A stretch of DNA of 64,000 bases from Negaprion brevirostris. Lineage: Eukaryota. Position numbers and translations under genes: made by a program. The notes beneath the pieces are model-generated. The model did no database searches. It saw nothing but the letters and a program-made list of their open reading frames with translations, and was not told where the DNA came from. The stretch lies in NCBI GenBank assembly GCA_030324005.1, contig JARDVH010000099.1, positions 48,064,818 through 48,128,817 of the forward strand, read 5' to 3'. This document shows positions 39,545-49,689 of the stretch, in pieces; the first letter of the stretch is position 1, and every line of letters starts with the position of its first letter.

Positions 39545-39673
39545 GAACTGTCTGTGCTGTATATGCTCTGTCTGAGGCCAGAACTCTCCATTCACCTGAA
39601 GAGGGAAACCCCTCGAAAGCTAGTGAGTTTACTATCAAATAAATCGGTTGGACTAAAACCTGGTGTTGTCAGA
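39545..39673 (+). mobile_element. Penelope-like pseudo-LTR (family A) with hammerhead-like core
   Basis: Homologous to 19146-19272. TTCAC-CTGAAGA...GAAAGCTA-GTGAG. Confidence 0.7.
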
Positions 39674-40636
39674 NNNNNNNNNNNNNNNNNNNNNNNNNNN
39701 NNNNNNNNNNNNNNNNNNNNNNNNNNNNNNNNNNNNNNNNNNNNNNNNNNNNNNNNNNNNNNNNNNNNNNNNNTAATTTTTTTGTAGTTTAGCTTGATTA
39801 CTTGAAAAGATGAGCAATTATATCATAAAATCTTTCCTTGAGGAGATTAAAAAATTGAGTTAGAGCAACTGGCCCAGGCATGACGATGATTATTCAATTC
39901 TTAAGAATTATATTTCTGACTTCTAATGTTCATTCTTTCCAAGATGGCGCTTTCTTTTGCAAATAAGTTTGATTTCTTTAAGAGATAATGAATCTTACTT
40001 GAAGTAGATATTTTTAATTTGATTACCTTAATAGCAAAGTTATTTAAATTGATATCTTTTTCTACCTTGTTTCTAATGCACATTTTTTTGTTTGTTTTGT
40101 TTTAAATGTTAAAATGTAACTATGGAAGTTAATTTGTGATGATTCTTGGAGGGGAATAAAATATTGTGTTTGGGTAACAGATATTGTATTTTGGAGGCAA
40201 TCACAAGATGGGCAAAGGTGTAGACTTGTGTAAACAAGGTGTGCATTGACTTGTAATGAAGAAATGATAGCAAGGAATCATCATCAAGGTTTCAAAAGAG
40301 ATTCAATATTTTTATTTATGTTTTTCTTGCACTTATTTTTATAGCTGTATGTTTACATTATCACTTTAGCAAATGCATGTCTGATTCAAGCAGTGTTCCA
40401 CAGTAGAAAGATAAGTTACCTTCATTCTTTTTGGTCATGATTGGATTCTTAATCAAGTGATGCACTGAAGTTTATTTTAGGGAATAAGAATGAATGGTAC
40501 CAACACAAGATATTACAACCTGCTGTTTGATAAAAGCTTGCTAACCTACATATCTTTCAAGCATTTCTGTGCATAATTTCAGTCTGTCCATTTTACTTTA
40601 ACGTAATGTGGCATTCTTAATTCAAAAGCAAACTGG

Positions 40637-40822
40637 TGCAGACACTGGATACCTGAAATAAGAACAGAAAATGTTGGAAATGCACTGTGGAGACAAACAG
40701 TTAGTATTTCAGGTCAATGACCTTTCATCAGATTAGTTCTGATGAAAAGTTATTGACATGAAATGTTAACTCTCCACAGTTCCTGCCTGACTTGCCAAGT
40801 ATTTTCAGGATTTTCTGCTTTT
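40637..40822. mobile_element. Palindromic Penelope-like element (family B), two opposed hammerhead cores
   Basis: tttcaggtcaatgacctttcatcag / ctgatgaaaagttattgacatgaaa arranged around a short spacer. Confidence 0.65.
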
Positions 40823-40827
40823 AAATA

Positions 40828-41670
40828 AGAACATAAGAACTAGGAGCAGGAGTAGGCCATCTGGCCCCCTGAGCCTCTCCGCTATTCAATAAGATCACGG
40901 TTGATCTTTTTGTGGACTCAGCTCCACTTATATGCCCGCTTACCATAACCCTTAATTCCTTTCCTGTTCAAAAATTTTATCTATCCTTGCCTTAAAAACA
41001 TTCAATGAGGTGGCCTCAACTGCCTCACTGGGCAGGGAATTCCACAGATTCACAACCCTTTGTGTGAAGAAGTTCCTCCTCAACTCAGTCCTAAACCCGC
41101 TTCCCATTATTTTGAGGCCATGCCCCCTTGTTCTACTTTCACCTGCCAGTGGAAACAACTTCCCTGCTTCTATCGCATCTATTCCTTAATAATCTTATAT
41201 GTTTCTATAAGATCTCCTCTCACTGTTCTGAATTCCAATGAGTATAGCCCCACTCTACTCAGTCTGTCCTCCTAAGACAACCCTCTCAATTCCGGAATTG
41301 ACCAAGTGAATCTCCTCTGCACCCCCTCCAATATATCCTTTTTCAAGTAAGGAGACCAAAACTGACAACAGATGTGGTCCCACCAGCACCTCGTACAGCT
41401 GCAACATAACCTCACTGTTTTTAAACTTCATCCCTCTAGCAATGAAGGACAAAATTCCATTTGCCTTCCCAATTACCTGCTGCACCTGCAAACTAACTCC
41501 TTGTGATTCTTGCACAAGGACACCCAGGTGCCTCTGCACAGCAGCATGCTGCAATTTTTACCATTTAAATAATAGTTCATTCCTACCAAAATGGATGACC
41601 TTACATTTACCAACATTGTACTCCATCTGACAGACATTTGCCCACTCACTTAGACTATCTATATCCCCAT
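40828..41670 (-). mobile_element. CR1/HER1 LINE 3' fragment (relatively young)
   Basis: ORFs 40952..41158 (SRTRGHGLKI...RRNFFTQRVVNLWNSLP) and 41255..41554. (TTCTTATG)n-type tail. Confidence 0.92.
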
Positions 41671-42929
41671 GTCATAGACAACTGTGTTGTTGTCCAGCAC
41701 AGAAGTGACAGGAATGGTTATAAAATCATAAGCTGAAATAAACATGGACCTGACCTGGCAGTCAATCAACAGACACTCATTTTATTTAATGCTACACTAG
41801 ACTTGATATCGAGATTTATTATTTTTATTTTGTGATTAAAAATAGATCCACAATTTTAATATATCTCTATACACAGTAAAATGATCAATTATGATTTTAT
41901 AGACAGAATCAACATTTTAAATATAAAATTAGTACATGACCAAAAAGTCACCCAGTTAGCAACTCACTTTATAATTCCCTGTGATTAATAAAATTAATAA
42001 ACAAATAGTCTGTGTCCAAAAGGCAAGTTCAGGCATTAGCAACCACTTTTTGTCTGATTTATAAAAATCAATACATTAATTTTATTATATATTTATGTTA
42101 TACAGAAATTAACATATATTGATTCTGCATGTTATATGTAGCTTATATTTATATATAACATACTAATAGAAATCAATATATAATAGTTTACATTTATATA
42201 TAAGTTTACATTTATACTGAATTCAATATTAATTTCTATATAATATATTAATATAATTTCAAGTACATTACTTTCTGTAACAAAAAGTGAATTACAATTA
42301 ACTTCGTTAAGCTTACCGTGTTAATTTTCTAAAAGGTAAAATGTATTTGAGCCTGTTTTCCCATAAAGTATCACAAATACAAGATGCCACCATTATCCAC
42401 AACCTGTACAGTGACAAAGAAACTTGTGCAGAGTTAAATTCAGCATTTTCGAAATTAACCTCAATAACGTACCACAATGGGGAAACAAAAATCAAAACTA
42501 GGGGGCAAAACACCTCAGCAAATAGACAGACATAAAACCCAGCGAACCGAACGGTGCCCAAATACATGATTTGAAGTAAAAAGATGACAACAACACCCCC
42601 ACCTAGCGCTCGCTCTAGCGCGCACGCGCACACACCCTCGACATACCTACAACAACACGGCGCGAGCGTCCACAACTCGACCAACCAATCACATCGGCCG
42701 TCACTTATCACGTGATCTCCAAACAATATGGCCTCCGCCAACCGAAGTCGGCTGCCTTGGGCCCCGCCCCGGCCTCTCCAGCTCTCCTGACTGGCCAGGT
42801 GACGACAACAACAGCACGGACGCGCTCGAGGGAATGTCATTTTCCCATTGCCCATTGGTCGAACCGCACGTCAATCACGGCCATTTCCCCCACACTTCCG
42901 CTCGGCAATATTGGTTGAAGCTTAAGTGT

Positions 42930-43186
42930 TTTGGAGCGCGCGCGCGCGCGGCGATAGTTGGTTTTTTTTAACGTGTTTTTTAAAAAAAATTTTAAAAGCC
43001 ACCATTGACCCTCGAGCAGGTTTCCGGCCGTTGGGGAGGATAGAAAAGAAAACAGTGGGAACGAAAATTTGTTGTTGTTTTGCGGGGAAGGTGGTTGTCG
43101 GCCCTGTCCGTTGATGGACACGCAGAGAGCTGCTGCGAGTGAAGGCGACCGGTCGCGGGTATTGACAGCGTGTTAGTCCGCTCGGG
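42930..43186 (+). other. Candidate non-coding 5' exon of PPP2R5A (start approximate)
   Basis: Donor GG|gtgagg at 43187. Branch-like CACTAAT (43581-43587) and acceptor gccag| at 43610, 18 nt before the ATG. Confidence 0.45.
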
Positions 43187-43628
43187 GTGAGGAACGGCCG
43201 ACTGCCACTCCCAGGGGAAAGGTGGGGGGGGGGTGCAGAGGAGCGGAGCAGGCCGCGAGGCCCTGAGGGTGGGGGGGGGGAGACTGGAGCNNNNNNNNNN
43301 NNNNNNNNNNNNNNNNNNNNNNNNNNNNNNNNNNNNNNNNNNNNNNNNNNNNNNNNNNNNNNNNNNNNNNNNNNNNNNNNNNNNNNNNNNCCCCCCCGAC
43401 CGGCGCGCCGGCCCTCGCCGCCAACGTTAACTTCTCCCGTATTATCGCCTGCACTTTAAAAAAAATACTCCTTTAACCAGTCCCCGCTCCTTCCCCGCCG
43501 CCCCCCCGACTGTTACTTTAAACCTTTTTATTGGATTACATTTACATATACACGGTTCACCGCCCGCTGTTTCCCCTCCCCACTAATTTCCCTGCCCGTG
43601 TGGTCGCCAGTTTTTATTTTGATAAAAG

Positions 43629-43788
43629 ATGTCGGCGGCGGCAGCCGTGGTGACAGCGGCGGAAAAGGTGGATGGTTTCACCAGGAAATCCGTGCGGAAA
43701 GCGGCTAGGCAGAAGAGGTCGCAGGGATCGTCGCAGTTCAGGAGTCGGAGCAGCCCGGTCGAGATCCTGCTTCTCCCACCCCTCAAAG
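43629..43788 (+). CDS. PPP2R5A: PP2A regulatory subunit B56-alpha, first coding exon ([53 protein letters not shown]-)
   Basis: [27 protein letters not shown] is the B56-alpha N-terminus. Phase-1 donor AAG|gtacc. Lies downstream of DTL as in human. The next exon is not in the window. Confidence 0.93.
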
Positions 43789-43827
43789 GTACCGAGGTCC
43801 TTGCATTAACCCAACCTCCCTCTCAGT

Positions 43828-44830
43828 CAAAATATCCACCCCGACTGGCGCATTAAAATGCCCAGGTTTGAAGATTACTTACCACTTGCATATTTAAAAT
43901 ATCGGATGTTCAGAAAGTACCGGGGCCCCGTTAAAATAGCAGCTCAGAAGAGCATCCAACCCACCAATCGAGATATCCATCTTCAGAAACGATCCTGGTT
44001 CACCCTTCAAAATATCGAGTTTCAGAGAATACCTATACCTACCGAATGACAATAGAGGTCGAGACCACCCCTAGCGAAACAACACAGCATCAAGTTTCAG
44101 AGAGTACCCGACTCTCCCCATCGAAACATTAAGATTCATAGATCATAGCCACCCAAGTATTCAGGTTCAAAGATTGCCCCGTACACGCCCACCAAAAAAG
44201 TCTCTCAACACCAGGTTAAAGCCCAACAGGTTTATTTGGAATCGTGAGCTTTTGGAGCACTGCTCTTTGTCAGGAGAGTCACCTGTTGAAGGAGCAGCAC
44301 CCTGAGAGCTCCTGGTTCCAATTAAATCTGTTGGACTTTGACCTAGTGTTGTGAGACTTTGTACTGTGCCACCCCAGTCCAAGGCTGGAATCTCCACATC
44401 ATAGCACCCATTAAAATGTCATTGTTCAGAGATCACCTATATCCTCACATCAAAATGCATTGTGTACTCTTTTTCTCCTAACAAGTATTGTGATTCAAAG
44501 ACCACCCCATCACCCATCCCGTTTTGGACACTTAAATTCAGAGTCCAACTTTTCTCTCCTCAAAATATCAAAGTTTCTGATATCACTGGTTCATCTGTGA
44601 AGATACTGAAGTTTAAAAATCTGTCCCCGTCCGACAGTGTACAGACCACGCACCTTTTATACTCAGAATTTAACCCTTTACACACTAATATAAGTAGTAG
44701 CATTTAGAGACATTTGGGCTGTACCAACCCATCAGTGTGTTGTGATTTGGAGATACTGCCCTCCCCCCAACTTGCTCATCAAAGTATCTCCCTCACACCG
44801 ATATAATTCAGATTATTCTATGAGATTAAA
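43828..44830 (+). repeat. Cryptic degenerate tandem repeat, ~35-42 bp unit (AAAATATCAAGTTTCAGAGAT..CCCC-like)
   Basis: Recurrent units such as aaaatatcggatgttcagaaagtacc, aaaatatcgagtttcagagaatacc, agcatcaagtttcagagagtaccc, aaaatgtcattgttcagagatcacc, aaaatatcaagtttctgatatcac. Confidence 0.6.
44197..44402. mobile_element. Palindromic Penelope-like element (family A)
   Basis: Inverted arms caacaccaggttaaagcccaacaggtttatttggaa / ttccaattaaatctgttggactttgacctagtgttg. Tail ccccagtccaaggctggaatctccacatc. Confidence 0.75.
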
Positions 44831-47800
44831 AATGTTAGTCCACTGATAGAAGTGCTATTGTTTGGAAACTATTTGCCATTCACAAATTATACTTTCATTG
44901 GTTTTAAATTTCTTGGTTCAGAATTTATTCTCTTGCTTCCCCCCCCTCCTCCATTCCACCAATAAAAATCAATACTTTCACAGACTTCAGAACACGCTGA
45001 AAAATATTGTGATCCTTGGACTTGATACTGTATCCCTTCAGCCCTTCTNNNNNNNNNNNNNNNNNNNNNNNNNNNNNNNNNNNNNNNNNNNNNNNNNNNN
45101 NNNNNNNNNNNNNNNNNNNNNNNNNNNNNNNNNNNNNNNNNNNNNNNNTTCTAACCCATAATAATATTGAAGTTTGGAAACTATACTCCTGATTCTCATC
45201 TGAGAAGTATTGAAATTCAATGTTTTCACAAGATTCTCCCACCGCTGCCTATGATTATTTGCTTCTGATAAAGGTGTTTATCCCTTGAAAATTGAGCGGC
45301 TGAGAGAATTTACTTGTCCGAAACTCAATTAATTTATCCATCTTCAGTGCCATCAAATTGTCTTAAAATATAGGTTTCAACTTAACAGTTTTTTAAATGC
45401 TTTAGGTACTGGAATTCCATTTTAAGATGAGATTTCTTGAGATTGTCCAAATGTGCACATTGTTTTTTGTTAAGAGGTTGTTTCTTAAATATTGAGCAAT
45501 TTGACATGTACACTTTTTACAATGGCATCATTTTTCTATGCAGTTGATACAGTTCAATGTACAAACTTGCTATTGTGTTTCAGAGTTAGTTGTATAAAAT
45601 TTATTACTGTGAAGTAAGAACAATATTTGTTGCTTTTCTCAATAATGGAGAGTACTGATTTGTGTCAGAGCTGCTGTAATTGTGAATGTTGAGGTTGGAG
45701 ATGTACTTAAATTATGTTAATTACTTAAACCATAAAGAACAGGAACACGCTGTTTGGCCCCTCAAGCCTGCTCTGTTGTTCAATAGAATCGTGTGTTCTT
45801 CACATCCACCTTCCTGTTCTTTCTCCATAGCCCTTGATTCCCTTACTGTTCAAACATCTGTCTGTCTCAGTCTTAAATATGTACGATGACTTTTTGTCTT
45901 CAATGTGTGGTAATGGAGAACTGTTGTGAAATTTTCAAAAATGTTATTTTGATTTATAAATTTGTACAAGTTCTGATTTTTATGTACTTGCGTAAATAGG
46001 AGGTATCAATGTAGTAAAAATGATTACCTGTGGTCAATTGAAGCTGAGTTGTAATAGACATTAGTTTATTTTTCCCTCTCCCAGTTTTAATTTCAAGGAA
46101 AGCAATTCGTACATTTCTCAGAAACAAATGTCAGTCATTTCTCGTAGGTGAGCTTTCATCCACCTTTTTTTGACTCACTTTTTTCAGTGTTTGAATGTGT
46201 CCTATGACATTTCCTTCTTTAATGTATTTGCACTGAAATTGTTTACAGCAACAATGCGGTGGAATGCATTCTTTCCCCTTTTTTTAGTTTATGACAACAC
46301 TCAATCTGTATATTGTGTGAACCTCTCAAATAGGAAATCAGAGTACATGATGAGACATAAGCAAGTTATTTGAAGCCCTTAATGCTTAAAGATCATATCT
46401 AATTACTTGAATGGAAGGTTCTTTTCCACCTTTTATCCTGCATGAATTGCAACTTGTCTAAAACTTCACTGTCTGAAACTTATTCTGTACTAACAATCCA
46501 TTTGTTTCCCTTTTTTGGCTTCACCATCTCCATGTTCATATCTTTACATTCATTTTCTTGAAATTTGAATGAACTGGCTTTCTATCTATGCCTCTCAATC
46601 TGTGTCCTTTGATCCTACACTTCTCCACCTCGTCTTACTTTCCTCAAAGACAACCCTTGAAATCCATCATAGTGTGGCACAGCATTTACCAGCCTCGACC
46701 CCCGTGTCCCCTCAAATTCTTTTCCTAAACCTCACTTCCAATCTTCAGAAGCCTCTTCAACACCAATCTTATCAACCTAATTATTAATCATCTTTATAGG
46801 TCTTGTATTATTACTCAGCTTTTGTTTCTTCTCTGATAAACAACTTGAGATATTTGTGTCAAAAGCAAATAATGTCAAAAGTAAATAATTTCAAACAATC
46901 CTTGTTTCCAATTTGAAGTTTAAAATGGTGTTATGAGTAGGTGTATTGTTTTTATGTTAAAAGGCAAATAATTCTGATAACCAAATATTATAAACATATT
47001 CATTTGACTATGAAACAAATAATGAATTTTGGGTGAATTGTACAGTGCCTGCTGTTACGTAAGTGTGTGCCTAAAAATAGCTATGAAATATATAATAGAC
47101 AAAATTTTCGGGCAATCACATCTAAGTTCAGCATTGAGGGTAGCTATTTTCTGAATGTCTCGACAGACTAATAGATTTTAGCATTATCCGATTGGATGTT
47201 ATGTATACTATCAACAATCATCATCAACATATGCACTTGTTATTAAGAAAGTGACTTTAATATGATAAAGCAGCCTGAGGGTGTTACATAACTTTAATCC
47301 TGAGGTAAACACAAGGTTGTTTCAAACCTTTTTCACATTGCTCTGCAATGCTTGATGCATGATTTGATTCAGCAGCAACCTTGCGAGTAATTCATGATTT
47401 GCTGTTCCCTATTTGTTTTTGAAATGTTGAAGTGATATGTAGTGATGATATTTTGTTAATCAATATTTTTTCACACAATGGTAGTCTTTCATATTAGAGA
47501 ATTGCTCAAATAATTCTCGTCAGTTATAGTATTTGAGTTTGGACTGCTACCTTCGGAATCAAGAAGCACATTTGACTTAACACTGTCCAATGATCCCTGT
47601 GTAGTTTTGGTGAGAAATGAATGGATGGGGCCTGGCCACTTGAGTATTGTTGGGCTTGTGGCGCAGTGCAAGAGTCGGTCTTTTGAAGAGGAGGAGGAGA
47701 ATATTAGTCAGGAAATATTGGGGGGAAAATATTCCCATTTACTAAAGCCCTCATTATTAGGCCAAGTAATTGAAGTAACAGATTCTTGTTCTAGTCTGCT

Positions 47801-48359
47801 TCACTGCTAACTTTGAAGTGCTTTGGGACATGTTGAAGTCTTAAAAGATTCCATGTCATACTTGCAGTGTGGGTGTAAAAACCATGTGGCAGCAATATAG
47901 TAGTATTTAATAATTTTATTAAAAAGAAATGGAATCAGTATGTTAAAGTTGCTGGGTCGTGTTCATGTTTGCCTAATTTCAACATCCAAAGCTTAATTGT
48001 GCTTTTTAAATTGATGATTAAACTAATAAACTAAGCATTTCAAAATTAGATTCACTTTAGGTCAGAAAGCGTTTCTGATTTTGTGAATATACAAGAAATT
48101 GTTGAAAGATCAATCTAGTTCGTCTACTACCTACTCTCAATTTTCATAAAATTTATATTTTGGATTTTAGAAAGAACAACACAGCACGGGAAACAGGCCC
48201 TTCGGCCCAACGAGCCCACGCCGCCGTCCCATTGTCAGTGNNNNNNNNNNNNNNNNNNNNNNNNNNNNNNNNNNNNNNNNNNNNNNNNNNNNNNNNNNNN
48301 NNNNNNNNNNNNNNNNNNNNNNNNNNNNNNNNNNNNNNNNTCTTTACGACAACCACTCA

Positions 48360-48728
48360 CGACTAACCTCAAAACCATTACAGCTCGACCGCCATCTGAT
48401 GACCCTTAACCCTTCAAGTGCCCACCCATCCCCTAACTGTGCCCAACCATTCCTTTACCCCCTGAAATCCTGATTACCCACCCCTGCAGATATCCTCAAC
48501 CCCGACTAACCCCACCCCCACCACCATGCTCTAACTATCACCCAATCCCTTTTATCCCCATGACAATACGTCAGCACTAACCCACCCACCACTATCCCCA
48601 GCCCCTTCCACCACTCACCTACCCCCAAACCCCGACCAGCTCGCACCACCCACCATCCTCTGACCACCCAACCATTCCTCTGATTACCCCGACCTGCATA
48701 AAGCCTGCTCTGACTCACCCTGCCCACT
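48360..48728. repeat. C-rich low-complexity segment, probably internal to a non-autonomous DNA element
   Basis: Runs of (acccc/ccacc)-like motifs. Confidence 0.6.
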
Positions 48729-49689
48729 TATCTTCTGTCAAAGTGGTTGAGACTTACCTGATTTATGGCAGCTAAAAACATCCCCAAAGCTGCTGTGCTG
48801 GCACTGCATGTTCTCCAGAGCAGTTGTGCTGCATATTTCTTTGGTGACTTGGGTTGGGAGTCTGGGTGAGTAATGCGCTGATGCAGTCTAGAGTGAGTAA
48901 AAAGGTATGAAGTGGCAATCTGAGGGCGAGTTCCACTCCACAGACAATTCAGCCCAATGAGCCTTACGTTCATGACAATGGAATTGGACAGTAAAGTCCT
49001 GATCATGAAGCAAAGCCTCCCTATTCGACCAGAAAGCTCTTTCATAGCCCACCGTAACAGCAGCACTGTCAGCAGATGATAGGGTCCATCACTCTACAGT
49101 ATCCCCACATTGGAATATCATGTACACTGCCAACACTTTACATTTTAATTGTAATCGTGGAAGAGCAGAAATGGTGCATATCGTGTTATACGTCTGCATG
49201 CCATGATAATGTGAAGATGCCTGGCAGAGCAAGAGTTAATGTGGAACTGGAGGATGGCACCGTGCACAGTATGTTGTATAGAGCTACATGGTAATCGATT
49301 TGGAGACAAATAGCCTGCATGGAGACAACACCGCGGATGTCCATAACTGGAATCTCTAGGTAGTTAAAGATTAACGATAACAGATAGCGCGATCTGGTAA
49401 AAAACGTACCGAATGAGTGTGAAAATGGGAGAGAATTGCACCCCTTTTTTGGGCAAAGTCTGATTTTGCCATTTAGAGAAAAAAAATCAGGCAAGGTGTG
49501 ATTCTCGTCAGGAGGGGGAGTGGACAGAGTTTATTCACACCAGGAAGCCAGCTGCTGACTGTTAGAAGATACCATTGCGCATGTGCCTGATCTCCCAATG
49601 CAGTATGCATTGTGCATTGCCAATCATGTAATACAATATCACTGCTGACCACCATGTTGTGTTATGTGTTCATTTGATGTCTCAATTAT

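Larger units (their letters stand above)
42530..43800. promoter_or_regulatory. CpG-island promoter of PPP2R5A, probably bidirectional
   Basis: Abrupt CpG enrichment. NRF1-like GCGCACGCGCA (42620-42630), CCAAT (~42686), E-box CACGTG (~42710), YY1-like AATATGGC (~42725), GC box GGCCCCGCCCC (~42760), inverted CCAAT boxes ATTGG (~42854, ~42910), CRE-like CACGTCA (~42867). Confidence 0.85.

Noticed and set aside
42060-42270. Extremely AT-rich tract upstream of the CpG island
   Set aside because: Simple low-complexity sequence with no definable structure.
42313-42855. 180-aa minus-strand ORF over the promoter
   Set aside because: GC-rich CpG-island sequence depleted of stops, no recognisable domain, and it crosses predicted splice sites.
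43629-43788. Assignment to PPP2R5E or PPP2R5B
   Set aside because: [10 protein letters not shown] and SQGSSQF plus adjacency to DTL favour PPP2R5A.
43828-44830. CRISPR-like repeat-spacer interpretation of the periodic region
   Set aside because: Vertebrate intron, units highly degenerate with no constant repeat/unique spacer structure, and no cas genes.
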